Origin: Cellulosilyticum sp.
Lineage (GTDB): Bacteria; Bacillota; Clostridia; Lachnospirales; Cellulosilyticaceae
Assembly (NCBI GenBank): GCA_029851645.1
Contig: JARKVN010000108.1
Span: 1-53,676, forward strand
Reading direction: 5' to 3'
DNA: 53,676 bases
The translations under genes and the position numbers were made by a program. This document shows positions 10,031 through 19,839 of the stretch, one piece after another (the stretch's first letter is position 1; every line of letters starts with the position of its first letter). Below the pieces are notes generated by a model. The model made no database searches and was not told where the DNA came from. It was given only the letters and a program-made list of their open reading frames with translations.

Positions 10031-10140
10031 AAAAAGACCGCCTGAGCAAACCTAATACGGTCGCCCAGGCGGTCGGCATTTTCTTAACACTTCTGTACTC
10101 CCTGTGGGTGAACTCCCACTTATCCGCCAGTCGTACAGAA
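10031..10140 (-). ncRNA. ZMP/ZTP (pfl) riboswitch with overlapping terminator
   Basis: Minus strand TTCTGTAC-GACTGGCGGA-GTGGG..CCCAC-GGGA-GTACAGAA...GCCGACCGCCTGGGC; pseudoknot GGCGG/CCGCC; terminator GACCGCCTGGGC...GCTCAGGCGGTC-TTTTT; sits upstream of purH-type genes. Confidence 0.92.
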
Positions 10141-10149
10141 TCTACTATT

Positions 10150-10178
10150 AAAATACACTATTTTTAATTATATTGCAA
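10150..10178 (-). promoter_or_regulatory. sigmaA promoter of the riboswitch leader
   Basis: TTGCAA-17 bp-TATTTT, just upstream of the aptamer. Confidence 0.55.
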
Positions 10179-10188
10179 CTATATTTTT

Positions 10189-10231
10189 TAGTTCTATTAA
10201 CTCATCATTATCTTATGATTTAATAGAACTA
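10189..10231. other. Stem-loop at the end of the sugar operon
   Basis: TAGTTCTATTAA / TTAATAGAACTA inverted repeat; no U tract on the minus strand. Confidence 0.5.
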
Positions 10232-10259
10232 CTCTAATTGCCTATAAAGAAATTTGTCT

Positions 10260-10916
10260 TTATAAAGTCTTTAAGAGCTGAACAGTTACTTCTCCTACAT
10301 TTTTAAATACATAGTCTGCCTGTGGTAAGTTTTCCTTTGTTCCAATCCCTACACATGCCATCCCTGCACATTTAGCTGCTTCTACTCCTGCATAAGCATC
10401 TTCAAAGACAACACAATTTTCTGCTGGAATATTTAATGTCTTAGCTGCTAACACAAATACCTCTGGATCTGGCTTAGCCTTTGTTACTTTATTTCCATCA
10501 ATAATTGCATCAAAGTATGGACGAATACCCGTCTTCTCTAAGATAGGTAAAGCATTTTTACTTGCCGACCCTAAGGCAATTTTGATGCCTTGCTTTTTAA
10601 GCTCTTTTAAGAAACCTTCTACACCTTCTAAAAGCTCTTCATTATTAATAGACTCAATAAGTTCTAGGTAATTTTCATTTTTAATAGTGGCTAAACGTAC
10701 CTTCTCCTCCTCTGGTAAATCTTGTTTGCCTGCAAGCTCGCACATGATTTCCATACATGCCATACGACTTACCCCTTTAAAAGCTTCATTTTGCTCTTCT
10801 GTAAAGTCAATTCCTAGAGTTTTACCTAATTTATTCCATGCTAAATAATGATATTTTGCTGTATCTACTAATACACCATCTAAATCAAATATTACAAGCT
10901 CTATATTTCTACTCAT
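10260..10916 (-). CDS. pgmB: Beta-phosphoglucomutase
   Basis: HAD motifs FDLDGV, KGVSR, SASKNA, KPDPEVF, FEDAYAG; follows a GH65 gene. Confidence 0.92.
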   Translation of the reverse strand: MSRNIELVIFDLDGVLVDTAKYHYLAWNKLGKTLGIDFTEEQNEAFKGVSRMACMEIMCELAGKQDLPEEEKVRLATIKNENYLELIESINNEELLEGVEGFLKELKKQGIKIALGSASKNALPILEKTGIRPYFDAIIDGNKVTKAKPDPEVFVLAAKTLNIPAENCVVFEDAYAGVEAAKCAGMACVGIGTKENLPQADYVFKNVGEVTVQLLKTL

Positions 10917-10922
10917 CTCCTC

Positions 10923-13241
10923 TTACCCCTCTACACTTTCATTTATCCCAAGTATAACTTCTTTATCTCTTACAATGATTGAAACGCTCTTGGTTCCTTG
11001 ATTTGTAATGGTTATCCTATCCCCTTGTATGAATACTTCAAGGCGTTGACCTTCATAATACATCTTAAACTTGATACCTTTTAATACCTCTGGAAGCCTT
11101 GGATTAAAATGAAGCTTTTCACCTATCATTCTTACTCCTGCAAAGCCATAAATAATACATTGCCATATACCTCCATAAGATGCAGCATGGACACCTGCAT
11201 CACAAGCATGCATTTCTTGTCCAATATCAATGGTTGTTGCATGGTTAAATAACTTATAACTGTATTCTGTGTTATCTATATCATTTGCTAGAATTGCATA
11301 AGTACTAAAACTTAATGATGAATCATGTAAACAATATGGCTCATAGTACTCAAAGTTAGCTTTTTTTACCTCATTAGACCATTTTTCACCAAACAATAAG
11401 AAAAGAACCATGATATCTGCTTGTTTTGATACCTTAAACTTACTAATTTGATCTAGGTTATAATCTGCTAAAATAATTCCTACATGCTCTGATGCTTTAT
11501 ATTTTGTCAGATCAATTTCTTCTAGGCTTCTAAATGTGGTATCTTGATCAATAATAAAGTCCTTGGCTGGTACTGGAATATACACTCTTTCAGCACGTTC
11601 TTTAATGCTATCTATTTCTTTATCAATACCTATTTTTTCACATAATGCTTTAAGAAGTGCTGGATTATTATTTTGTAGTTCTTTGTAACATCTTACTGCA
11701 TATTCCATATTCCATTTTGCAAGATAATTTGTATAGGCATTATCATCAACATGTTCTGTATACTCATCTGGCCCTATTACATCTGTAATATGAAGTAAAT
11801 CATCTAAGCTTGAACTTTCTAGACGAGAATTCCAGAATTTAGCTGTTTCCATGATGATTTCATAACCACATTTATCCATAAAATCTTGATCTTTTGTAAA
11901 GTTAAAATAATTATACACACCAAATGCAACATCACTTGTAATGTGAATTTCAATAAATCCAGTCTTAATCCGTTCACGTTCACCTGTATAAACATCAATG
12001 CCACCATAAATAGGTGTTACTTCACCATCTTCTGGATTAGCAGCTTCCCAAGGGAACATAGCACCACTAAAACCATTTTCTTTAGCTTTTCTTCTAGCCC
12101 CTTCAAGACCCAAGTAACGATATTCCAAAAGACTTCTAGCTACTTTAGGATTTTGTATAATAAATCTTGGTAATAGGAATACTTCTGTATCCCAAAAAGC
12201 ATGCCCTTTGTATCCTTCACCAGATAAACCTTTTGCACCAATATTCATACGTGGATCATGAGCAGGTGTCATCACGAACATATGATACATAGCATAGTTA
12301 ATTGCTAATTGATCAAATTCATTTTTTGAATCCACTTCAATATAATCATTTTCCCAAAGCTTTTCATTTAATGCTTCAATACTTTCTTGCAAGAGCACTT
12401 CATAACCTTTTGCCATTTCTTCTTTTAAAATCTCATAAGAATCTTCTGGCTTATCACATGCCACTTCTTTACAGTCATTTGATGTATAATAGCTTACGTA
12501 TTTTTCAACTGTTAATTTTGCTTCTTTTTCTACTTTATAAACATATTTTTGAAAAGCTTCTCTTCTATTCATAAGTGGCTGTGGTATAGTATAGTCTTCC
12601 TCATCATTTATGAAGATACGATGTGCTGCATTAATGTGGAAATCAATACGTGATTGACTTGTAATAAGTTTTGTGTAAATATATCTTTTCTCAAAGAAAC
12701 GTCTCGTATCATCAATAAAGTGTGCTTCTCCTGAGTTAGTTGTTTTGCTATCAATACCTGAAATAATAACAATTTTTGCATCTTTTTCTAATGGTGTTAT
12801 CTCAATGTGTTGTGCCCCTAGGTGGATGTTGGCTGAGGATACAAAACGTCTCATATGAAATACAATAGTATTATCTTTTGTTTTATATTTAAAACTACGT
12901 GTTAATTCACCTGTCTTTAAGTTCAATGTTTTATCATAATCTATTACGTTATCCTCTGTTAAAAAGAAACGTTTATCATCAATAAGGATTTCCATAGAAA
13001 AAGTATCTGCTGTATTTGGAAGCTCTGTTACTTCATTCTCTGAACCAATATTAAATGTCCCTGCAATAAGTGTTGTTGCTGTTTTCTTTGGGTAGCTCTC
13101 TTCTGCATAACCCCGTATACACATGTAGCCATTTCCTTGGCACATGATGGTTTCCGTCTTCGCTAAATGCATCTCATTAAATGTATCCTCTGTTAAAAGG
13201 AAGTTCTTATACTCACCTTGTCCCTTATTGTATCTAATCAT
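10923..13241 (-). CDS. GH65 glycoside phosphorylase (kojibiose phosphorylase/YcjT-like)
   Basis: GAKGLSGEGYKGHAFWDTE, GPDEY, KQAD and HDSSLS motifs. Confidence 0.85.
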   Translation of the reverse strand: MIRYNKGQGEYKNFLLTEDTFNEMHLAKTETIMCQGNGYMCIRGYAEESYPKKTATTLIAGTFNIGSENEVTELPNTADTFSMEILIDDKRFFLTEDNVIDYDKTLNLKTGELTRSFKYKTKDNTIVFHMRRFVSSANIHLGAQHIEITPLEKDAKIVIISGIDSKTTNSGEAHFIDDTRRFFEKRYIYTKLITSQSRIDFHINAAHRIFINDEEDYTIPQPLMNRREAFQKYVYKVEKEAKLTVEKYVSYYTSNDCKEVACDKPEDSYEILKEEMAKGYEVLLQESIEALNEKLWENDYIEVDSKNEFDQLAINYAMYHMFVMTPAHDPRMNIGAKGLSGEGYKGHAFWDTEVFLLPRFIIQNPKVARSLLEYRYLGLEGARRKAKENGFSGAMFPWEAANPEDGEVTPIYGGIDVYTGERERIKTGFIEIHITSDVAFGVYNYFNFTKDQDFMDKCGYEIIMETAKFWNSRLESSSLDDLLHITDVIGPDEYTEHVDDNAYTNYLAKWNMEYAVRCYKELQNNNPALLKALCEKIGIDKEIDSIKERAERVYIPVPAKDFIIDQDTTFRSLEEIDLTKYKASEHVGIILADYNLDQISKFKVSKQADIMVLFLLFGEKWSNEVKKANFEYYEPYCLHDSSLSFSTYAILANDIDNTEYSYKLFNHATTIDIGQEMHACDAGVHAASYGGIWQCIIYGFAGVRMIGEKLHFNPRLPEVLKGIKFKMYYEGQRLEVFIQGDRITITNQGTKSVSIIVRDKEVILGINESVEG

Positions 13242-13243
13242 CT

Positions 13244-15340
13244 CTACACCTCTTTAATCTCCGCATAATAATCTTCTTTATCTTTTGTTACTTGAACTTC
13301 TATCCTATTATCTACACGTCTATAAGTAATGCCATAATGACATTCGCCGACTAACATATCTTTTATTTCAATAAATTCCAATGCTTGTGGCAAGTTTGGC
13401 TTAATTATTATTTTCTTATTGGGTGCATCCACCTGAATTCCTAATAAGTTTCTTATAAATACGTGGTGAATACCATAACCCGACCAAAACTGCATAAAGC
13501 ATCCATCATTTGGAAGAATTTCACTAATCGCCATGGGCATTCCTACATGCATGCAATCTACAAGTTTTTTAAGAAGTTCATAACCCTTATCGATATTTCC
13601 ATTACAAGCAAATACTTCTGCTAAGTATCCTGTATTAATAGACATTGATTTATTGACTGTATAAATATCATGTACTGGATCATTTCTATCGTCACACATA
13701 CATGCAAGTTTCATGCCATAATCATTGTAAAAAGCTGGCTGTAACATTTGTTTTAACCCTTCTTCTTTCATTAATGGTGGCACAAACTCCTGAGTGTAAG
13801 GTAGTACTGAAATCCAGTTTTTTAATACAAGTGGAATAAGTTCATCTTCTCTATATGTCTTAGCAAGTACCTTATCAAAGTAAGCAGCCATATGTTTTGT
13901 AAGTGTTTCTGTATTTTTAACAGAATTTACAAGAATCTGTCTACTTGCTCTTACCTCATCTATTGTACAAATAACATCTCCAAAGAAGCCTTCATCTTTT
14001 GAGTAAAATTCCTCAAGAACTTCTTTTTCCAATGCTTCTCTTTTTACTTTATACCCTTCAATAAGTTCTTTTCTTCCCATTACATCTGCCATATATTCAA
14101 GGTGCCTATATGCCTCTATCGTAAGAATAGCTATGTCTAACACACCTCCATTGATACCCTCAATTTCTACAATACCATTCCCCTTGGGACATACTGAACC
14201 TGGTTGTACCTTTGTCTCAACCCACTGCATACCTTGTACGCAGAAATCAAACATCTCTTCTAAGAATTGATGGTCTCCTGTCCATTTATATGTTTCATAT
14301 ACTGCTGTAATAAAATGTGGTGTCTCTTGTAAATTACCTTTTCCATAAATCATCCCAAATGGTGATACTTCATGAACAACACGTCCGTTTCCATTTGTTT
14401 TCCAGGATATTTCCTTAAGAAGTCTAAGAGTTTTCTTGGTCATCTCATGTTGTCCTACAGCTAAAGTTCCATGTACTCCATAAGTTGTATCACATCCAAA
14501 GAACCACTGAAAATCTGGAAATCCAGCTGTATAGCCTTCTCCAATATGATCAATATCTTGTACTAACATATCATAGTTAAGCTTTAGTCCATCAAAAGCT
14601 TCATCAAACGCCTTATCATTTGTTGTAATTTTTGTTTGATTAAGTAAAGCATAGCGGCGCTTCTTTTGTACTTCTATAAGTTCTCTACCTAAACTTAATA
14701 CTTCCTTACTTTGTATTAGTAATTCTTCATAACTATTGTTATTGGATAGAATATAAATGATAGCTGGTGATGCTTTATCTACTTTTAATTCTACTTGTAC
14801 CTTTTGTCCCTCTTCTACAGGTGATACTTGAATTTCTGCACTTCCATCTACCCATAAACCTGCAAAGTAGTTTCCTTGATCTTGTTTTACTGTTACAAAA
14901 TATTTTTCTTGGTCAATCACTATTGTCTTGCCTTCTTTAAATCCACATTCTTCGGCAGTCCAACATCCTACAAGTTTTAGATCTAATTCAAATACAAGTT
15001 GCTCCTTCTCTTCTGATTCAAAGTGAATACTTAATGCCTTAAGATGATCAAGAGCATTTACTTTTTTTATTAATTTTCCTTGAGACATTTGATATGTAAA
15101 GATACTTTCACCATTATTAAATCCATACTTTTCCGCCACTTGCACCTTGCCATTTTGAAGAAGCTTATACCCTTTACTCAATTTAATTGGCTGAGCTATA
15201 ATTCCAGACATCTCTCCTTCAACATGGAAACCAAGGTCAGTAAAAGTACCATCTTGATTTCCTATAATATATATTTTATTAGAAGCAACAACATATTTGT
15301 CTTCTCTAAGTTGTGTTTTCTTTGTAATATACTCTAGCAT
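13244..15340 (-). CDS. Six-hairpin glycoside hydrolase (glycogen-debranching/amylo-alpha-1,6-glucosidase-like), specificity unknown
   Basis: AGFPDFQWFFGCD, GRVVHE, SEILP and CFMQFWS motifs typical of (alpha/alpha)6 glucosidases. Confidence 0.7.
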   Translation of the reverse strand: MLEYITKKTQLREDKYVVASNKIYIIGNQDGTFTDLGFHVEGEMSGIIAQPIKLSKGYKLLQNGKVQVAEKYGFNNGESIFTYQMSQGKLIKKVNALDHLKALSIHFESEEKEQLVFELDLKLVGCWTAEECGFKEGKTIVIDQEKYFVTVKQDQGNYFAGLWVDGSAEIQVSPVEEGQKVQVELKVDKASPAIIYILSNNNSYEELLIQSKEVLSLGRELIEVQKKRRYALLNQTKITTNDKAFDEAFDGLKLNYDMLVQDIDHIGEGYTAGFPDFQWFFGCDTTYGVHGTLAVGQHEMTKKTLRLLKEISWKTNGNGRVVHEVSPFGMIYGKGNLQETPHFITAVYETYKWTGDHQFLEEMFDFCVQGMQWVETKVQPGSVCPKGNGIVEIEGINGGVLDIAILTIEAYRHLEYMADVMGRKELIEGYKVKREALEKEVLEEFYSKDEGFFGDVICTIDEVRASRQILVNSVKNTETLTKHMAAYFDKVLAKTYREDELIPLVLKNWISVLPYTQEFVPPLMKEEGLKQMLQPAFYNDYGMKLACMCDDRNDPVHDIYTVNKSMSINTGYLAEVFACNGNIDKGYELLKKLVDCMHVGMPMAISEILPNDGCFMQFWSGYGIHHVFIRNLLGIQVDAPNKKIIIKPNLPQALEFIEIKDMLVGECHYGITYRRVDNRIEVQVTKDKEDYYAEIKEV

Positions 15341-15348
15341 AGTTCCTC

Positions 15349-16170
15349 CTACTTGATACCTGAAGTTGTTACACCTTCAATAAAGTATCTTTGACAAATT
15401 AAAAATAATACAATCATTGGTAATGACAAAAGCATCGCCCCTGCCATGGTCTGATTAGGAAACGAAAAATATTGACTATTAAGAGAAGCCATACCTACTG
15501 GTAAGGTATACATTTTTCTTGATGTAATAAGTAAATTAGGTATTAAAAAGTTATTCCAGCTTCCCATAAATGTCATGATTGTAATGGTTGTTACGGCAGG
15601 CTTTGCAAGTGGTAAAGCAATCTTAAAGAAAATACCCATACGATTTAATCCATCTAGTTCTGCTGCCTCCTCTAAACTTACTGGGAAAGATATAAAGAAT
15701 TGTCTCATCATAAAAATATTAAAAGCATTAAATATAAATGGTAAAATAAGTCCCACATAGTTATTAACGAATCCTAATTTATTTAATAACATATATTGAG
15801 GAATCATTGTGATTTGTCCTGGTATCATCATAATCCCTATAATACATAGAAAAATAAAATTACGTCCTTTAAACTCTATACGTGCTAAAGCATATCCTGC
15901 CATAGTGCTTAAAAGCACTCCTAGGACAGTAACACAAACAGCGATGATAATACTATTAAGATACCATTGCCCAATATCATTTTTTTGTATCAAATTCATA
16001 TAAGAATCAAAGCTCAAGTTTGAAAAATCAAAGTTAAGTTTATAAGCCTCTTTTGTTGGTCTGAGTGAAGTATAGCCAGCCCATAAGAATGGGAAAAGTG
16101 CAATACATGCATAACCTATTGTAATAAAGTAAAATATAATTTTCATTCCTTTAGGTGTGTTTCTATTCAC
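15349..16170 (-). CDS. Carbohydrate ABC transporter permease (MalG-like)
   Basis: EAA motif LEEAAELDG; 6 TM. Confidence 0.9.
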   Translation of the reverse strand: MNRNTPKGMKIIFYFITIGYACIALFPFLWAGYTSLRPTKEAYKLNFDFSNLSFDSYMNLIQKNDIGQWYLNSIIIAVCVTVLGVLLSTMAGYALARIEFKGRNFIFLCIIGIMMIPGQITMIPQYMLLNKLGFVNNYVGLILPFIFNAFNIFMMRQFFISFPVSLEEAAELDGLNRMGIFFKIALPLAKPAVTTITIMTFMGSWNNFLIPNLLITSRKMYTLPVGMASLNSQYFSFPNQTMAGAMLLSLPMIVLFLICQRYFIEGVTTSGIK

Positions 16171-17087
16171 TATTTACCACCCCTTTTTTCTAATCTTTTT
16201 GGTCTTTCTTCAAAGAAATATTTTTGTAATATTGTTAATGTGAAGATAATAATAAATAAGAATACAGCCACCGCTGAACCATAACCTAATCTATTTTCGC
16301 CAAATGCTTTTTGGTAAAGATAAAGAACAACTGTTGTCGTTGAACCTAATGGCCCACCAAGTCCCCCTGAAATAATATAAGCCTGATCAAACATCTGTAA
16401 TGTCCCAATCATACCTACCACAATAACAAACATTGTTTTTTCACTCAGCATTGGAACAGTAATTTTCATAAATCTCTGAATCTCAGAAGCACCGTCTATA
16501 GATGCTGCCTCATACACCTCACCAGGAATATCCTGCAACCCTGCTAAGAATACAAGCATTTGAGTCCCCACTGTAGACCAAATAGCCATAATCATTGCTA
16601 GAGGTAATGCATATTTAGGGTCATTAAACCAACTTACTGCTTGAAATCCAAATAAACCTAAAAACTTATTTGCAATACCATTTGTATTAAATAAGAACAT
16701 AAACATAGAAGCTGCTGCTACTGCTGATGTTACTGCTGGAACGTAATACGCTACACGAAAGAACGTCTTCCCTCTAATCTTCTGATTTGCAACTGTTGCT
16801 AAAAGAAGTGCAATAACTGTTTGGACAGGTACTACAATAATTGTATATTTTAATGTGTTATATAGTGCTTGGTAAAACTTTGGATCCTTCATAAGTTCTG
16901 TATAGTTTTTAAACCATACCCATGTAGACTTATCTGGTTTTAGCATATTATGATCTTTAAAACTAAGTACGAATGAGTAAATAGCAGGACCAATTACAAA
17001 TACCAACATCAACAATACAACTGGTGCAATAAGAAGCATACCTGCTATATTATCTTGTGTCTTTTTATTCATTGTTTTTTTATTCAC
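16170..17087 (-). CDS. Carbohydrate ABC transporter permease (MalF-like)
   Basis: EAA motif YEAASIDGA; GTG start behind AGGAGG. Confidence 0.9.
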   Translation of the reverse strand: MNKKTMNKKTQDNIAGMLLIAPVVLLMLVFVIGPAIYSFVLSFKDHNMLKPDKSTWVWFKNYTELMKDPKFYQALYNTLKYTIIVVPVQTVIALLLATVANQKIRGKTFFRVAYYVPAVTSAVAAASMFMFLFNTNGIANKFLGLFGFQAVSWFNDPKYALPLAMIMAIWSTVGTQMLVFLAGLQDIPGEVYEAASIDGASEIQRFMKITVPMLSEKTMFVIVVGMIGTLQMFDQAYIISGGLGGPLGSTTTVVLYLYQKAFGENRLGYGSAVAVFLFIIIFTLTILQKYFFEERPKRLEKRGGK

Positions 17088-17103
17088 ACCTTATCCTCCT
17101 CAT

Positions 17104-17139
17104 AAAAAATGAGGTAAGGAGAAGCCTTCTCCCTACCCC
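17104..17139 (-). terminator. Intercistronic stem-loop after the solute-binding gene (partial terminator or mRNA stabiliser)
   Basis: GGTAGGGAGAAG / CTTCTCCTTACC plus T tract. Confidence 0.65.
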
Positions 17140-17146
17140 CTAAAAA

Positions 17147-18412
17147 TTATTGTTGTTCAAGTGCCTTATCAATATTTGCCTGTGCTTCATTAAATGCTTG
17201 TTCTACTGTTACATTTGAATCCAGTAATACTTTTTCCATAGCTTTTCCTGCTTCTAATACAACTGTTGGTGATATAACTCCGTAATTAAACTCACTTGCA
17301 ACAGGCGCAAGATCAGCGAACACTTTACGCTCTGGCCAATTTTTTGAGTATGTTTCTAATGCAGATTTTCTTGAAGGCATAGCACGACCAGCATCAGCTA
17401 CTACTTGTTGTTGTTCTGATGATGTTAAGAAACGAATAACATCTTTTGCTTGTTCTTCATGATCTGTATTCTTAGACATAGAGTATGCTACTGTAAATTG
17501 CATTGACGCTGGAGCTTCTTTTTGAGGAATAGGTACAACACCATATTTTAAATCTGGTGCTACTTCATTCATACTATTTACCATCCAAGTTCCTTCTACT
17601 GTCATGGCTACCATTTCAGCCGCAAAGGCATCTCCATCCCAGCCTACACCAAGCTGTTGTGGTGTTTGTGCATAACCATTTTTAATTAAGCCAATCCAAT
17701 ATTCATATGCTTCAATATTTTTAGGATCATTAAGTGTTGGTACGCCATCTTTCATCATACTTCCACCATTTGAGTAGAAAAATGGTTGTGCACGGTCAAG
17801 ACCATTTTGAAGTGAAAGTCCTACTACACCATCTTTTGTTAACGCCTTAGCTGCAGACTCTAATTCTTCCCATGTTGTTGGTGGTTGTAAACCAGCCTCT
17901 TCAAACATTTCTATATTATAGTAAAGGGCAAGTGTTGAAAAATCTTTTGGAATTCCATAAAGTGTTCCATCATCCCCTCTAAATGCATTAAGTAGTGTTT
18001 CTTCAAAATCTGCTACATCTTCTGAAGTTAAAACATCATCAAGTGGTGCCAATTTATCTGCATCAATAAACTGTGCTGCTTGGAATATATCCATATAGAA
18101 AATATCTGGCTCATCATTTGCTACCATTCTTGTTTTTAATACTTCCCATATATCCCCTGCAATTGGTTCAATAACAAGTTCTACATTTGGATTTTGTTCC
18201 ATATATGTCTCAGCTTGTTTTGTTACAATGTCTACCTCAAAAGGATCGGCATTCGTTCCAATTGTTAATGTTACCTTTTCATCTTTTTTTGATGAATCTG
18301 TTACTGCATTTGTCCCTTGATTTGAATCTGTATTATTACTTGAACAGCCTACTACTGTTGCCAACATTGCACTTACTAATAAACTTGCCATTACTTTTCT
18401 TTTAAGTTTCAT
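17147..18412 (-). CDS. Sugar ABC transporter solute-binding lipoprotein
   Basis: Start moved to ATG 18412 (AAGGAG); lipobox VVGC; LYGIPKDFSTLALYYN motif. Confidence 0.9.
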   Translation of the reverse strand: MKLKRKVMASLLVSAMLATVVGCSSNNTDSNQGTNAVTDSSKKDEKVTLTIGTNADPFEVDIVTKQAETYMEQNPNVELVIEPIAGDIWEVLKTRMVANDEPDIFYMDIFQAAQFIDADKLAPLDDVLTSEDVADFEETLLNAFRGDDGTLYGIPKDFSTLALYYNIEMFEEAGLQPPTTWEELESAAKALTKDGVVGLSLQNGLDRAQPFFYSNGGSMMKDGVPTLNDPKNIEAYEYWIGLIKNGYAQTPQQLGVGWDGDAFAAEMVAMTVEGTWMVNSMNEVAPDLKYGVVPIPQKEAPASMQFTVAYSMSKNTDHEEQAKDVIRFLTSSEQQQVVADAGRAMPSRKSALETYSKNWPERKVFADLAPVASEFNYGVISPTVVLEAGKAMEKVLLDSNVTVEQAFNEAQANIDKALEQQ

Positions 18413-18428
18413 ACATTTGTCTCCTTTT

Positions 18429-18442
18429 CCGAAACGTTTTGG
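18429..18442. promoter_or_regulatory. LacI-type operator abutting the SBP ribosome-binding site
   Basis: CCGAAACGTTTTGG, a CG-centred near-palindrome. Confidence 0.6.
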
Positions 18443-18609
18443 TTGTATTTTTATTATATATTTAGTTGTTTTTTTTGTCAATATATATTTTTTTATGTAA
18501 TATAACTAACTAACAAAAAAAAATATACGTTAAAACGTATACTTTTCCTATTTCATTTTTTCTATTCTTTTTGTTTCACCCAAAAATATTTTATCCCTTA
18601 CAACTTTAT

Positions 18610-18625
18610 ACCGTATCGTTACGGT
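18610..18625. promoter_or_regulatory. Second LacI-type operator
   Basis: ACCGTATCGTTACGGT, CG-centred, sharing CCGwAwCGTTwyGG with the 18429 site. Confidence 0.55.
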
Positions 18626-18626
18626 T

Positions 18627-19625
18627 TTAAGTTGATTCTCTTATTTTCATCTCACAACTTAATGTTACTGTCTTTTGTATCATCTCACCATTTTCCATTT
18701 GTATCAATAACTTAGCAGCTTCATATCCTTTTTGATAATCATCTTGAGCAACCGTACTAAGCTTAGGCTTTACATATCTTGTAATAGGAATATTATCAAA
18801 CCCTATAACCCCTATATCTTCTGGAATTCTTTTTCCCATTGTTTGAATTGCTTCCATACACCCTAATGCCATATAATCGCTGGCACAAAAGAATCCATCA
18901 ATTTCCGGATGCCGTTCCAATACTTCTAATGTCACCTGCCTTGCTTTTTGTTTTCGAAAGTCACCGTTAAAAATATAGGCTTCATTTATTACCATTTTAT
19001 GCTTTCTAAGTGCAACACGGTAACCTGCCTCACGCTCTATACTTACAATAGCATGTGGAGTACCACTTAACATTGCAATATGCTGTTTACCTGAATGAAT
19101 AAGCGCCTCTACTGCTTGAGTCGCATATAAAGTATTATTTGTAATCACACACCCCTTTTTATCTCCTTCTACAGGAATATCTATACAAACACAAGTACAG
19201 TTACTTTCTAATAATTCATGGAGTTTTTCGTCATCATATTCAAATCCACATAAAATCGCCTTGCTAATGCCTTTTTCTTGAAAATAGCTTATATAGGAAT
19301 CTATGTTCTCTTGAAGAATATAGACGACTAGTTCATACTTCATTTCATTAGTATACTGATTCATCCCACATAGCATAGGGTAAATAGCATTATACTCTAT
19401 AGACTCCCCAACATTCTCAAATCCCTTAATCACTAGAGCTATCTGATTAGACACCTGCATAACTAACTTTTGAGCTGTAATATTTTTAACATACCCCATC
19501 TTCTTTGCCAACTCACGTATTCTTACTTTTGTCTCTTCACTAACATCATTATGGTCGTTTAATGCCCTAGATACTTGTGTTACAGACATCCCTGCTGCCT
19601 GTGCAATATCTTTTAACCTAACCAT
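18627..19625 (-). CDS. LacI-family transcriptional regulator
   Basis: HTH LKDIAQAAGMSVTQVSRALN; IPEDIGVIGFD; start moved to ATG 19625 (AGGAGG). Confidence 0.92.
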   Translation of the reverse strand: MVRLKDIAQAAGMSVTQVSRALNDHNDVSEETKVRIRELAKKMGYVKNITAQKLVMQVSNQIALVIKGFENVGESIEYNAIYPMLCGMNQYTNEMKYELVVYILQENIDSYISYFQEKGISKAILCGFEYDDEKLHELLESNCTCVCIDIPVEGDKKGCVITNNTLYATQAVEALIHSGKQHIAMLSGTPHAIVSIEREAGYRVALRKHKMVINEAYIFNGDFRKQKARQVTLEVLERHPEIDGFFCASDYMALGCMEAIQTMGKRIPEDIGVIGFDNIPITRYVKPKLSTVAQDDYQKGYEAAKLLIQMENGEMIQKTVTLSCEMKIREST

Positions 19626-19727
19626 TCTACCCCTCCTTGTTTCTTTTCTTAATCTGCATTTTATCATAATTTTTTTGTGTTATCTACTTTTATATATCTT
19701 CCTAATCTTTCTACTTATTTTATCTTC

Positions 19728-19776
19728 CCCCATACTCAAGCTTTTCACATGTTAGATTTTACTCAGATGAGCACAC
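19728..19776 (-). mobile_element. Decayed 5' fragment of a group IIC intron (copy A)
   Basis: Minus strand GTGTGCTCATCTGAGTAAAATCTAACATGTGAAAAGCTTGAGTATGGG, starting 4 nt after a terminator U tract; resembles the IIC start GUGYGCCCRGCAUGGGY..UCUA..GGUGARAGUCC as recalled. Confidence 0.55.
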
Positions 19777-19780
19777 AACC

Positions 19781-19815
19781 AAAAAGATTGTAGCTAAAAA
19801 TAACTACAATCTCTT
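19781..19815 (-). terminator. Intrinsic terminator after the GDPD gene
   Basis: AGAGATTGTAGTTA-TTTT-TAGCTACAATCTTT plus T tract. Confidence 0.75.
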
Positions 19816-19839
19816 CTATCACTCTACTCTTCCAAAATT

